The notes: generated by a model not told the origin, from the sequence alone. 64,000 bases of DNA from Mustelus asterias (GCF_964213995.1 NC_135804.1:67828001-67892000), one strand, 5' to 3'; shown: positions 1 through 13,620, counted from the first letter of the stretch. Numbers and translations are program-made.

Positions 1-1230
1 CATCGAGTCATAGGGTCATAGAGGTTTACAGCATGGAAGGAGGCCCTTCTGCCCAACGTGTACATGCTGCCCTTTTTTAAAAATCCCTGAACTAATCCCA
101 ATTGCCTGCATTTGGCCCGTATCCCTCTATACCCATCTTACCCATGTAACTGTCTAAATGCTTTTCTAAAGTCAAAATTGTAACCCGCCTCTACAACTAA
201 CTCTGGCAGCTTGTTCCAGACATTCACCACCCTCTTTGTGAAAACATTGCCCCTCTTGACACTTTTGTATCTCTCCCCTCTCACCTTAAACCTATGCCCT
301 CTAGTTTTAGACTCCCCTATCTCTGGGAAAAGATATTGACTATCTAGCTGATGTGTGCCCCTCAATATTTTATAGACCTTCATAATATCACCCCTCAGCC
401 TTCTATGCTTCACGGAAAAAAGACTCAGTCTGTCCAGCCTCTCCTTATAACTCAAACCATCAAGTCCCGGTAGCATCCTAGTAAATCTATTCTGCACTCT
501 TTCGAGTTTAATAATATCCTTTCTGTAATAGGTGACCAGAACTGTACACAGTATTCCAAGTGTGGCCTTACCAATGTCTTGTACAACTTCAACAAGACGT
601 CCCAACTCCTGTATTCAATGTCCTGACCAATGAAACCAAGCATGCTGAATGCTTTCTTCACCACTCTGTCCACCTGTGACTTCACTTTCAAGGAGCTATG
701 AACATGTACCCCTATATCTCTTTGTTCTGTCACTCTCCCGAGCGCTGAGTAAGTCCTGCGCTGGTTCAATCTACCAAAATACATCACCTCGCTTTATCTA
801 AATTAAATTCCATCTGCCATTCGTCAGCACACAAGCCCAATTGTTCAAGATCCCGTTGCAATCGGAGATAACTTTCTTCACTGTCCACTATGCCACCAAT
901 CGTGGTGTCATCTGCAAAGTTACTAACCTCCTATATTCTGATCCAAATCACTAATATAAATGACAAATAACAGCGGACCCAGCACTGATCCCTGAGGCAC
1001 ACCGCTGGTCACAGGCCTCCAGTTTGAAAACCAAACCTCTACAACTACCTGTCAAAAATACCAATTTTGTATCCATTTGGATACCCCTCGCTGGATCACG
1101 TGAGAGTTAACCTTATGCAACAACCGACCATGCGGTACCTTGTCAAAGGCCTTGCGAAAGTCCATGTAGACAACATCAATTGCATTGCCCACATCTACCT
1201 TCTTGGTTCGCCATTCAAAAAACTCAATCA
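1..1230 (-). mobile_element. 5'-truncated CR1 LINE (RT C-terminal half plus 3' microsatellite tail); second copy at 60961-62190
   Basis: ORF fragments DVVYMDFRKAFDKVPH, LVRPHLEYCVQFWSP, LERVQNRFTRMLPG; (catagag)n tail. Confidence 0.92.
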
Positions 1231-1530
1231 TGTCATAGTGGACATGCCACATTTCGTTCACCTTCTGAGAATGGAGGGAGGATGTTGGGCTTTCTTATCT
1301 ATAGCATCGGTGTGGAAGCACCAGGACAGGTTGCTGGTGATCTGGACATATAGAAACTTGAAGCTCTCGATCATTTCCACTTCATCCGTGTTGATGGAGG
1401 CAGAGACATGTCTTCCTGAGGTAAATGATTATTTCCTTCACTTTGAGGAAGATTTTATTGTCATCCCACGAATCTGTCAAATTCTCTATCTCTTTCCTGT
1501 ATTCTGTCTCAGCATCGCTTGAGATCTAAT
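1231..1530 (-). mobile_element. Rex1/Babar-type LINE fragment (remainder of an element split by the CR1 insertion)
   Basis: Same family as 46110-47745; in copy B it continues 60475-60960 across the CR1. Confidence 0.7.
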
Positions 1531-2767
1531 CCATATGTGTGATCGCATTCTTTGTGCTGATGATACAGTTCCTTTCTGATATTTTGATGAAATAAAGGTT
1601 TGAATATGAGATATTTATGAAATTCATAAACCTGTTCCTCTGTGCTCACTCATTTTATGCAATTGCTTAATAAACAAAATTGTTTCGTGGGAGTTAGTCC
1701 GAGGTCACCAAATAAAATGTACCATTTACTGTGAGTACTGTTTTCGCCAGTGGAGATAGTAACGTAGGGACAAATGTTTCCAGCAGACGATTGGTCACGT
1801 TGAGACAACCAAACACACAAAAATTAATGCAGATGAAATCGAGAAGCTTATTGCCAATAATGAGCAATTGAACAAAAATGTGCTCAGTGTCGAGAAGCAA
1901 CTTCCATGCACAAAAGATCAATTTGCCAGTGAAAAGCTGGAATTGATATGAACAATTTCAAATGTGTCGCATCAATGATAATCTGGATGAAATAAATGCA
2001 ACAACAATAAATCTTCCGTTAAAATTAGATTAACTGCAATATCAAAAAATTCCAGAATGTGTTGTGCAACAAAATATTTGAACAGGGAAAATGAATGGCC
2101 AGTGAAGCATAAGAGGTGCTTAAAAATCAAGACTGATGGACGGTTTGAACTTCGTCGTGAGACGGTTAAGAAGATTTTTGAACTTTGATGCAATCCTGAA
2201 ATTATGGAAGATGATCTTATATACTTGAAGGATCGATGATCATGGATACTTATATACAGTTGCATGTTAGGCTGACACAGAGTGTGGAGCAGCCGGAATC
2301 CTACCAATGGTTGAGTTTACAAGAGACAATTTGAAACAAACATATCAGTTTCATTTTCATGGCGGGTGTTTTACATCCTGTTGCACTGGTCAAGTAGCAT
2401 AGCGGGGAGGGAAATTTAGCAGAAGACAAATTACTTGAAATGTGCGTGGTCTTCCACGATACGCCCAGGCCGTTTTGTCGAACGCAATCTGCATCGCACC
2501 CAATGTGCCCGATGTGAATTAAAATGTTTGTGACATCGTTACCATATCATTCGTGAATTCAGCATGGCCGGTTCCTCTTCCTGTACCTCCTGCCACCCAT
2601 CTCCCACCCCCACAGCGTGACGTAATGTCGGCATTATTTACACATGAGACAGAATTTTACGAAAAAAATTCTAAGTGCCAAGCTGGCGTGAAAATGGGAG
2701 AGTTTTATTTCCGTTTATTGGCCGAGGCCAAATCAATACCTTACAGACGTAGAGAAGTGGGCATCGT

Positions 2768-3275
2768 GGGCAACACGGTGGCATAGTGGTATGCACTGCT
2801 GCCTCACAGCGCCAGGGACCCGGGTTCATTTCCGATCTCGGGTTGTGTATGAGTGGAGGGTGCACATTCTCCCCGTGTCTGCGTGGTTTTCCTCCGGGTG
2901 CTCTGGTTTCCTTCCACAGTCCTAAGGTTTTACACCCTGTTGCACTGGTGAAGTAGCATAGTGGGGCGGGAAATGTTAGCAGAAGCCAAATAACGTGAAA
3001 TGTGCCTAGTCTTCCACGATACGCCCAGGCCATTTTGTCGAGCGCAATCTGCATCGCACCCAGAGTGTGCCCGATGTCATTTAAATTTTTGTGACATCGT
3101 TACAATGCCATTCACCGGTTAGGTCGATTGGCCACGCTAAACTGACCCTAGTGTCAGGGCATTCGTAGAGTAAATACGTGGGGTCACGGGAATAGGGCCT
3201 GGATGTGATTGTGGTCAGTGCAGACTCAATGGGCCGAATGGCCTCCTTCTGCCTGGAGGGATTTTATGGATTCTA
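2768..3275 (+). mobile_element. HE1-type tRNA-derived SINE interrupted by a ~185-bp insert (2927-3113)
   Basis: A/B-box head (ggtggcatagtgg ... gggttcatttcc), core gtgtctgcgtggttttcctccgggtgctctggtttcc, CR1-like tail. Confidence 0.85.
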
Positions 3276-3289
3276 AGAAGTTTTTAAAA

Positions 3290-5780
3290 AACTGCTAGGT
3301 CATTTCTCGCCACGATGTGAAGTGGGCGGGACCTCGCCAGGAAGCCTGCAGTTCAGATCGGAGCCACAACATGCACAGGCGTCAAAACTGGACGAAACGG
3401 AGAGCTGGCCAGATTGCTGGGGACGTTGGTCACGGAAAGGGACGGCAGAGCAGCCTGGGAGGCGGTGGCATTGGCTGTCAGTGCGAGGGCACTGACACAG
3501 ACAACCAGAAACTAGTACAGGAAGAAACTTAATTAGCTGCTCCATGCAGCAAGGGTGAGTATGATCATAGAAACCCGACAGTACAGAAAGAGGCCATTCG
3601 GCCCATCGAGTCTGCACCGACCACAATCCCACCCAGGCCCGACCCCCATATCCATACATATTTTACCCACTAATCCCTCTAACCTATGCATCTCAGGACA
3701 CGAAGGGGCAATTTTACCATGGCCAATCAACCTAACCCGCACATCTTTGGATTGTGGGAGGAAACCGGAGCACCCGGAGGAAACCCACGCAAACACGAGG
3801 AGAATGTGCAAACTCCACACTGACAGTGACCCAAGCCGGGAATCGAACCCAGGTCCCTGGAGCTGTGAAGCAGCAGTGCTAACTACTGTGCTACCGTGCC
3901 GCCCAGTGTTAAACCTGATGTAGCTTTTTCCCCTATGTTAACCCCAGATTCCCCAACCCCAAGCACCCGACATATGATTCCAGTCCCTGATGCCCTTGCA
4001 ACTCCCTCCGCCACCGAACACCAAACGGCTCACAGACCTTGCCCTCTGACACCCCTGACACCCTACAGACATCCTGACATCAGACTCAACATGGATCCTC
4101 CTGTCCCCACAGGAGAAGAACGCCAATAACCACCGGGAGAAGACTAAGGCAGGGGTGTCTGCCCAAAATCTGGGTCCTCACCCAATTTGAGGAGTGGCCA
4201 GTGGAGCCGATGGGAGAGGAGTGCAGACCATCGCTGATAGCCAAAATGGGCTGGAGCACCGACATGAGCACTTGCCAATCTTCCACTCTTGGAGATATCT
4301 CAAGCAAGTTGCATGCAGCTCAGAATCCTGTCCCACTCCTGCACTCAACCATGTGTCCTGGGTTGCAGGAAAGTACCCAGCCCGGCACATCTGGCATCAC
4401 CATCCGCCCCCCCCCCCCGCGCCCCCGCCCCCCCCCCCGACGCCCCACGCCCCTCCCCCACCCCCCACGCTTTGCTGCTCCCACCCATCCTCCCCACGAC
4501 AACTCGGAAGACAGCTGGGATGAAGGCGATGATGGGACCTCCTGTGTTGGCACAAGTCTCGTATCAGCTTTCACTTCGTATTCCCATCCCATCGACGATC
4601 ACACTGGTGTTTCAAGTTAATGGTAGGCATCTGGGTCACTCTCTGGGGGACAGCACACACCTGCTGACGTACATCGGATGGAGGAAGGAAATTCGGAGGC
4701 CGCTGGCACGTGGAACCCTGCCAGTGAGTGAGGACTCAGCTGACCCCAGGCAACATGTTGGGCCTCTGCGGACAGTTCTCCCGCAGCTGCTGGAGATGCA
4801 GCAGCAGAGACCAGGAATGTAGGAGGGGCTGACAGCAACACTGGGCCAACGAAGAGGCTGCTGGGAGGAGTCCCAAATCTTTCAGGTCCAGCTGCTATTG
4901 CTGATCTCATGTGGTTCCCAGGTCCAAAATGAAAGTGGGGTGTCAGCGGTGGAAAGCCTGGGGTAGGAAATGATCACTTGAGTGGCAGGGTCCAAGCGAT
5001 GGCTATGTCACAGCTGTCCACAGACGATTCCCAGAGGGCCACAGCTGAGTCACAGCAGGCCACAGCTAAGTCGGAGTGGGCCATACCTGAGGGCCTCAAC
5101 AAGCTTATCGAGATTCTGCAGCTGGTGGCTGAGAGGCTCGAGAGCTTGCAGGAGACCAGTGGGACAGCGCCGAGCCACAGCGGGCTATGGCAGCAGCCCT
5201 TGGGAATGTGGCCCACTCTTAGAAGGTCATGACTGAGGGAGTGCAGAGTATGGTCCAGTTTCAGAGGGCAGGTGCTGCTACCCTTGTCGGGTGCCCTCAG
5301 ACTCAGAGCGCCATCGCTGACCACTGAGCAGGAGGCCGAACGCAGGTGGGCCTCCAGAACTGGCAGGGCCCGGTGATGGTGGAGCTTCTGCAGTTCAGTG
5401 CAGAAGCACCAGCATCCCATTGAGTGACCCAGGGGCCCACAGGAACCCCGAAGGAGGAGGAAGGTCTGGGGCCCGTGTCGGGGCATTGCACCCCAGAGAT
5501 GCAGCTGTGACTATAGCTTCTGACTCCCTCCTTCCTGACACCTTCCTGACTATCTCAGGGGCATTGTGATGAACAAGATGACATGGATACGTTTGTGACA
5601 TCTGAAAGCCAGACGGGGTCCTCAATGTTCAGGCCCTCCAGAGGACGATTGCCAAAGGGCATCACAGAGCAGAGCACAGGGCAAGGTAGGCAGCTGCCCT
5701 CCTCCTCCTCTGGCGTACATCCTGGGGAGACACCGAGACACAGTGCTAGACCATGTAGAGTTAAGAAGCTATAACGTCAC
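3290..5780 (+). mobile_element. Decayed Harbinger/PIF transposon, Myb/SANT-like accessory ORF region
   Basis: Degenerate 'ELARLL...' N-terminus near 3400; GC-rich decayed coding sequence converging on the transposase remnant. Confidence 0.5.
3562..3904 (-). mobile_element. HE1-type SINE, full length
   Basis: Reverse complement of ggcggcacggtagcacagt...gggttcgattcccggcttgggtcactg... Confidence 0.9.
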
Positions 5781-6079
5781 CAAAATGGCATGGGTAAAGG
5801 ACCGCAACTGTGAAATTGAGGAATTAGGCACTGTAAAGTTTCACTTCCACTTATTATATATGAGCACTTAGTTTGAGGGCCCAGTTATTGACAGCAATAA
5901 ATGTTGCTGCCCCCACAGCTGTTTCTAAATTGTCTGTGATTAGCCTCCAATAGGGATGACCATACCCCGATCTTCACCAGAGGGACTATGCATGTTGATG
6001 TTCATGGAGGAGGGCCCTCAGTGCACCACATTTTGAAAATCAACGCATTCCAATCATCCACTGGCGACAGCATGTGGCA

Positions 6080-6333
6080 GAAAGAAGTCTCACAAAACCA
6101 GGTTAAAGTCCAACAGGTTTATTTGGGAGCAAACACCACTAGCTTTCGGAGAGCTGCTCCTTCGTCAGGTGAGAGGGAGTTCTGTTCACAAACAGGGGAA
6201 ATAAAGACACAAACTCAATTTACAGAATAATGATTGTAATGCGAATCTTTACAGCTAATCAAGTCTTAAAGGTACAGACACTGTGAGTGGAGAGAGCATT
6301 AAGCACAGGTTAAAGAGATGTGCATTGTCTCCA
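6080..6333 (-). mobile_element. Penelope-like element terminal fragment flanked by a 14-bp direct repeat
   Basis: gacagcatgtggca at 6066-6079 and 6334-6347; contains a hammerhead core and AATAAA on the minus strand. Confidence 0.75.
6137..6171 (-). ncRNA. Minimal type-I hammerhead ribozyme motif
   Basis: Minus strand reads cac CTGACGA aggagcagctctcc GAAA gc TA gtg: conserved core, ggag/ctcc stem II, cac/gtg stem I, CUA cleavage triplet. Confidence 0.7.
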
Positions 6334-6699
6334 GACAGCATGTGGCAAGCAGGGCACCGACTCACAACATCTCCAATGACGTCCCCAGAATCAAGGAGAC
6401 ATACTCCCATGCCACCCTTGCATGCCACAAGGTCCTGCATTGGTATTTATTCTCCCTTATCCCCACCCTGTTCTGGACCCAGGTGCGAGCGGGCATGCAG
6501 AGCTCAGATAAGAGTCACACCTGTTTGCACAATAGCAGCGTCACATAGTGTCACATAACGAGTCTTGATCACCCTCCTGTCTGCCACAGAAACATGCCAA
6601 CAGAGCTTATAGAGGCCCACCACTCTGGTGTAAATTTGGCGCAGGGTTGACTCGGGGTACACAACGGGGGGCAGGTGGAATGCAGCAGCAGCAACACAG

Positions 6700-7950
6700 G
6701 CCCCCTAGTTGGCGAAGCTCGTGTTGCTGAGGGCCTCCCTAGCTGCCCTTACATGCCAGATTCTTGCTGCTGCCAACCATCCAGCACCTGGGTGGTTGTG
6801 GTTGTGGTGGTGGTGGTCATCGTCACCTTCCACTTCCTCCACATCCTCCTGGGTAGCCTCCTCCCCACCTCCCCAGCATTGTCCATCTGGTTGTGCTTGA
6901 CATCCTCGTCCTCAAGGGAGTTTCCCCGTTCATGTGACAAGTTGTGCAGGGCACAGCAGACCACCAAAATATTGGACACTGTCAGGGATCTATACTTTCA
7001 GGGCATTGCCAGAGTAGATACCTGATCAGCATTTTCAGGAGCCCTATGTGCTGCTCCATGATAGACGACATGGCAGCATGGCCGTTATTGCATTGGGTGT
7101 CCGCCTAGGTCTCAGACCTCCACACAGGCATCACCACCGAAGCCTGAATTGTGTCCCCCATGTCTCCCACCAGCCATCCCTGAACCCTGGGTTCCTCCCC
7201 AAAGCCCCTGGCATATCAGGGCTTCCCAAAGTGAAACTACTGTGCATGCTTTCAGGATGTCTGGCACAAATGTGCATGACGCATAGCTCATGGTCGCACA
7301 CCAACTGCACATTGATGGATTTTCCTGTTAGTGAAGTGGGCTGAGTTCTTCTCAGGGACCTCATGGTGCTATGTAAGCACTCGAAAGCCCCCTGCACGTT
7401 CTATATCCCCACAATGGCAGCAAATCCTACAGCCTGGGATTCTTGCTGATCCTGTCCCACACCAAATTTACTGTACTGGGCTGTCAGAAATACATCGCAT
7501 CTGTGACTTCGTGTACACATTTGTGGACAGAGGACTGGGAGATGCCACAAAATTTCCTGCTGGCTGTCTGGAAGGATGCAGTTGCATAGACATTTCGGTC
7601 TGCCATCACCTTTATAACCACCGGTAGTAGGTGCTCCCCTGTGCTCAGTGGTAACAAATCCTTCAGTAAATGTCACAGGTGGCACACTGTCCCTTCTGTT
7701 GGCAAAGATGTCACAGGATGCGACATCCGAGAGTTGTTAAAAAGGCACTCGCATCCTGAACTGCCAGGGTCTCAGTTCCGTTATTCTGTTGCCCTTCTCC
7801 TCCTGGACTGTCAGCCAACCTCCTGCCTCCGATGGGCATCTCCGTCTCCTGCAGCAGCTAGTGGCATTGGCTGGCCGTGTTATGCCTGCAGTTCATGCTA
7901 TTTTTCCTCCACTGCTCCAGCAACCACTAAAATGCGTGCAGCGTCTGTAA
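6700..7950 (-). mobile_element. Harbinger/PIF (HARBI1-like) DDE transposase remnant
   Basis: SINVQLVCDHELCVMHICARHPESMHSSFTL and SNILVVCCALHNL; frameshifted. Confidence 0.85.
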
Positions 7951-7994
7951 GTTGCATCTCTAATGAAATTAATAATCTGGTGGAGTGGTGCGGT

Positions 7995-8780
7995 GGCTTG
8001 TGGAAGATCTAATACAGATAGGACATATACAGTAAATGGCAGAACCCTTAAGAGTATTGAAAGGCAGAGGGATCTGGGTATACAGGGACACAGGTCACTG
8101 AAAGTGGCAACACAGGTGGAGAAGGTAGTCAAGAAGGCATATGGCATGCTTGCCTTCACCGGCCAGTGCATTGAGACTTAAAATTGGCAAGTCATGTTGC
8201 AGCTTTACAGAACCCTAGTTAGGTTGCACTTGGAATATAGTGTTCAATTCTGGTCAGCACACTACCAGAAAGATGTGGAGACTTTGGAGTGGTACAGAAA
8301 AGATTTACCAGGGTGTATCCTGGTATGGAGGGCATTAGCTATGAGGAGAGATTGAAGAAGCGTGGTTTGTTGTCACTGGAACGACGGACGTTGAAGGGCG
8401 ACCTGATAGAAGTCTACAATTTTATGAGGGTCATGGACAGAGTGGATAGTCAGAAGCCTTTTCCCAGGGTGGAAGAATCAATTACTAGGGGGCATCGGTT
8501 TACGGTGCGAGGGGCAAGGTTTAAAGGAGATGTACCAGGCACGTTATTTCCACAGAGGGTGATGGGTGCCTGGAACTCGTTGCCAGGGGAGGTAGTGGAA
8601 GCAGATACGACAGTGAGTTTTCAAGTGCGGCTGGACAAATACATGAATAGGATGGAAATAAAGGGATATGGTCCATCGAAGGGTAGGAGGTTTTAGTTCA
8701 TTCGGTCAGCATGGTCGGTGCAGGTTTGGAGGGCCAACGGCCCTGTTCCTGTACTGTAATTTTCTTTGTTCTATGTTCCT
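7995..8780 (+). mobile_element. CR1 LINE 3' fragment inserted into Harbinger sequence
   Basis: QVEKVVKKAYGMLAF, VQKRFTRV.PGMEGISYEERL; ttctttgttctatgttc tail. Confidence 0.9.
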
Positions 8781-9299
8781 TCTTTAGGGGAACGGGAGAG
8801 AGCGATGGATATGCAATAGACCTCTGGCCTCCCCAAACAAGTCACACAAACCCTCCACTCACCACCCCAAATCACAGACCAGCCACACACATTCCACACT
8901 GATCTTCAACACCCAAACAAGACGCACACAATCCCCACCGTCAACCCACCTCCGAGGCAAGCCACACGCACACACACACATAGAACCCCTGGAGTAGTGA
9001 CCCGAGTCATGACTGTTTTACAAGACCCGAGGATGCAGCGAAGCCCGTTAGGATGCTTTTCCCCATCTTCACATCAGCTTGCTTGCTGCCTCTAGTGCCA
9101 GGACCAAGTGTCAGCACTGTGATACGAGTTCAGCGCTAACATCTGAGTCAGCTGTGAGATCCTGCGGTCCGATCCCATAGCCAACAATACACATGCAGTA
9201 CCCTCCCCCCGCCACCCGAAAAGCAACGTGGCCGCCACTAATCAACCACCACTCTGCAACACGGAGCCCTGTGGACCTACTGCCTGACCGCACTTCGAT

Positions 9300-10200
9300 A
9301 CTGTTGCAAACTTTGTTCTAACAGGCTAAATGTTTTATTCCCCGATTGCAGTTGCCACGAATGAGGTCGTTAAGGCAAGTAAAACCGGTCAATGACATTG
9401 AGATGAATGCAAAATTTTTAAAAAATGACGTCTCACCCGTTTTGTGCGAGTTCCCGATAATGGTCACTTTTTCGCTGGAATGTTGGGAACGGCGCGAAAA
9501 CGGGCGCCATTCGCATTCGTTGAATCAGTACCGATGTTACGAAATCAACTCGCAGAAATTCGGGCCGGATGAAATCGGTAATGCCGCGGTCTCTATGTCT
9601 GAGACAGGTGCAGCAGTAGCGAACCGTAGCGTGGAGGTAAGACTCATGGGCCACGCCCGCTTTCTCAACTCTCGTGATGTTACCTACAAAAGATTCTCGG
9701 CGTGATCAACCTCCCACCCATTTCCGGCAACTGGCTCAATATTTTTGTTAATTTTATTAAGATGCTTAATTCCATATGATTAGTGAGCCGGGAGAGGTTC
9801 TCTGCGGCATGGAAAACACCTGCTGCCCATGAACGAGGAACACTGATGTTCCCCACGCCGGTATAAGCGGAGGCCACTGAGGTCCACCGGGAAGTCGAGG
9901 GCAAGTTCCAGCCTCTCAGTGTTAGCCTGGCACCTTGGCATTTCCCAGGGGCACGGGGAGGGGGGGGGGGGCTGGAGGGGGGGGGGTGCTGCCACAGACA
10001 GCCAGGTGGCATTGGCTGCCAGGCGTCTGGGCCGTCGCCAGTCTCGGATGCAATAATTGTCTCTCTCTGCTCTACAGCATCCAGCAGACTGGTTAGCTCG
10101 GCATCTGTAAGACATAGAACAGTCTTCCTTGGTGTCATCTTCGGGAAGTGACTGCCTGTCTGTCCATCCTTGGCGCTCATATAGAGCTGTCCCTACTTAA
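9300..10200 (-). mobile_element. Harbinger-type remnant with Myb/SANT-like ORF start
   Basis: MTPRKTVLCLTDAELTSLLDAVEQRETII resembles Harbinger accessory Myb/SANT N-termini; CpG-rich subterminal sequence. Confidence 0.6.
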
Positions 10201-10869
10201 AGTAGTTTTGACGAGCCATGCGCTCGTTCAGTCTATTTCAGCGATAATCATGTCAAGGCTGTTTGTTTTCAACAGGGGGGTGAGGCAAGAGCTACTCTGC
10301 AACGGAGCTGATGATGTTTACTCTGCAGAGGGGACGATCAGGTTGGGGGGCGGGGGGGGGAATTATGGGATGAACTCTACATGGGACGATATCCGGCGAG
10401 TAGGTTGATTCTGATGGGGTGTACTCTGCAAGCAGGGCTGACCAGTGAGGGGGTGTAATACTGATGTGGTGAACTCTGCAATGGCCTATGTCCGGGGTGG
10501 CTGAGGCTGTCGATGTGGGACGCAGAAGTTGGGGGGTCGTCCCGCCATTCCCATGGTGGGGAGGCCATGTCCGTGGGGCATAGGGCGTGCTGGATACATA
10601 AACAGGAGATCTCCTGGTATGTTGGGAGATCATACACATTCGCACTGATGTCCTGTGCGGTATTTCGCCGGCCTCTGTGGTGGGATTAGGCTGCGACCAT
10701 CCACTACTAGCATGAATCTCCTCGCGGCCTTTGTACTGCACGGAGCAGTAAATTATCAAAACTCAGATTGCTCAAAAAACCGATGAGGAAACCTGCCGTT
10801 TTCATTCCATTTCATTTAATAGTCATTGCAAAGTTCTAACTGTATTAGATAATTGATCAGGCATTTTCC

Positions 10870-12670
10870 CAAACAATTTTAAGCGCTAAACGGAAACATA
10901 AAAACTGATTGTAAAGTTTAGATAGGTGTGTGCAGAGAGAAGAATTGTGACACAAACATATGTAGGCCCCTTACACTCAGAAAGGGGAGAATTTATAACG
11001 GAAACAAAGAAATGGCTGATGAACTACATTTCTCGTTTGTTTCTGTCTTCACAAAGGAATACATGAATAATGTACGAGATGTTCCGAGAGAAAAACGTTT
11101 TAGATAGGAGCTGAAGGAAATCAGTATGAATAGAAAAATAATTGTGGGGAAATTGACGGGATTAAACGTGGATACATCTTCAGTTCCTGATAAACGTAAT
11201 CTCAGAGTAGTTAAGGAAGTGGTCCTGGAAATAAAGCATTCGCTGGTGGTTATTTCCCAAGATATTTTGAATTCTGGCCTAGATCGTACAAATTGAAGGG
11301 TAGCTAATGTAAGCCCACTATTCAAAAAGGGAGGTAGGCAGCAAACAGGGAACTAGAGACCAATTAACCTATTGTCAGTTCTGGGGAAGTTGATAGATTC
11401 AATTATGTAAGATTTCACAGCTCAGCATTTAAAAAGCAGTCGCATAATCAAACAAAGCAACACGGAATTATGAAGGGAACCATACTTAATGAACCTATTG
11501 GAATTCTTTGAGGATGTACCGAGTGGATTTGATGATGGAGAAACGGTGCATCTGGATGTTGTCACGTTAAAACGGGTGGCATTGTGCTTGCGTCCTGAGG
11601 TGGATAGAAAGCTGGTTAGCAGGTGTGAAGAATGTACTTGGCATAAATGTATCTTTTTCCGACTGGCAGGAGTGACTATTAGGTATTGAAGATATATGTG
11701 CTGATCATGTTATATATTAATGATTTACAAGAGAATACTAAATGTTTTATCTCCGCGTTATCCAATAATACAATGTTGGGTTGGAGGGTGAGCTGTGAGG
11801 AGGATGCAGAGATGCTTCTGCATGATATGGAAAGGCTCAGTGAGTAGGCATATGCATGGCAGATGCAATATTATAATGTGAATGAAAGTGAGGTCATCCA
11901 CTTCGGCAGCGATAACAGGAAGACACATTATAATTTGAATGGGTGTAAATTGAGAGATGTGGATAATTATTGAGGCCTTGCTGCCCTTGTGCATCAGTCA
12001 CTGAAAGTAAGCATACAGTTACATCCAGCTTGCAGTAAAGAAGGCAGATGTTGTGTAGACTTCCATAGCGAGAGGATTTAAATTTAGGAATAGAGATATA
12101 TTCCTGCAATTTTACAGGGCTCTGGTAAGTCCATGTCTGGAATATCGTGTGCAGTTTTGGTGTCCTTATCTGAGGAAGAAAGCCCTTGCTATAGGGGAGT
12201 GCATCCAAGATTTATCAGGCTGATTCCTGGGATGGTTAAGATTATATTCATTGGAGTATAGAAGAATCAGAGCGAATCTCACAGAAACGTATCAAATTCT
12301 AATGGAATTTCTGAATGGTAGATTCAGAAAGAATGTTTTTGATAGGAAGGAGGTTCAGTACTAGGGGTGAGAGTTTTAAGTTAAGAGCTCAACCTTTTAG
12401 AATTGAGGACATGAGACCGTTTGCCATACAACGAGTAGTGAATCTGTGGAATTCACTGCCAAAGGTAGTAGAGACCAACACATTGAGTGATTTCAAAAAT
12501 AAATTAGAAATAACTCTTGGGTTAAATGGATCAAGGGATTTTGGGGAAGTTGGGATCAGGATATTGAATTCGATGATGATCTATGATCAAAATAATTGGC
12601 AGGGCAGGTTGGAAAGGCCGACTGGCCCACTCTGCTTTCACATTTCTAAACTTCTAGGTTTTTATGTTAA
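10870..12670 (+). mobile_element. Degenerate CR1 LINE (RT region to 3' end)
   Basis: NLLEFFEDV, QRVVNLWNSLP; many stops. Confidence 0.85.
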
Positions 12671-12689
12671 CATGGCAAGATGGCGCACG

Positions 12690-13620
12690 GCACTGGTCAT
12701 GGTGTCGGTTTTCTACCGTCCAGACGCATATGGACCTTTGTTGCTGGGTTTGCCCCTTGCCCTCCCCCATCCAGAGCAAATAGATTTTTTTGCTTGGAGC
12801 CATTAGGCCTGCCATTCATTCTTGCAGTTGCTGCTGTGGAGGAGGAAGAGTAGTAGTGAATCGTCCACGCACTTCAGGGCACGCGGGGGTCAGAGGCTGC
12901 AGCAGGAGGCCAGGGTTCCGTCGGTCTGGGTCAGGAGGCGGCCACTCATCTGTCGATTCGGGCGCCAGAGGATGGATGAGATGGAGACCCTGGCAATTCA
13001 GGACACATATGTCCTTCAACGAGCTGTTGGATGCCATGTGCAGGTTCCGGCTCGGCTCCGTGAGGAGATGGTACGGTCCTGTGTCACGTGCTCGCAGAAT
13101 GGTCACCTTGAAGGATAGGGGGACACATGCTCCCAGTTGCGGCGGAGGTTGCGGTGTGCCTGAGGTGACAAAGGTCTTGTTCGTCTGGGCAGGCCCTTAC
13201 ATCTAATTCGACGGAGCCAGGCCCAGCCAGAAGCCCGGGCCACAGGCTTTGCCGCTATCGCCAGGATACTGAATGTGCACCTGGAGTATTGATTGCACAC
13301 ACAGCAACCTGTGATTCCCCAAAACAACAGACACCGCAGTTCGTGCACAGCAAGGAGTTCCAGATGAAAATCATGCATGTGTGTGCACGCCACCCGGGTA
13401 GCGTACATGATTGCTACATCTTCATGCAATTCTTCTGGCGTTTTATCATAGAATCTCTAACTTGCGGAGCTCCATCATCCCTGGCGAATTTGAGGAGCAG
13501 CCAAGGCTACCGGGATGGCTCGTGGGGGACAAGGTCTACCCGTTAATAACGTGACTGTGGCATGAGTGTGGAGGTCAGAGACCGATACAGAGACCCCTTT
13601 CATTGCACTGAGTGTATACG
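12690..13620 (+). mobile_element. Internally deleted Harbinger transposase remnant
   Basis: KIMHVCARHPGSVHDCYI and FRTHMSFNELLDAMCR. Confidence 0.8.

Larger units (their letters stand above)
1..3040 (+). repeat. Copy A of a segmental/tandem duplication (matches 60961-64000)
   Basis: Line-for-line colinear at offset 60,960 with no indels and ~28 substitutions; covers TE junctions and non-TE sequence. Confidence 0.97.

Noticed and set aside
6700-13620. Domesticated HARBI1 or MSANTD-type host genes
   Set aside because: The fragments are frameshifted, deleted and interrupted by other TEs, so they are transposon fossils.
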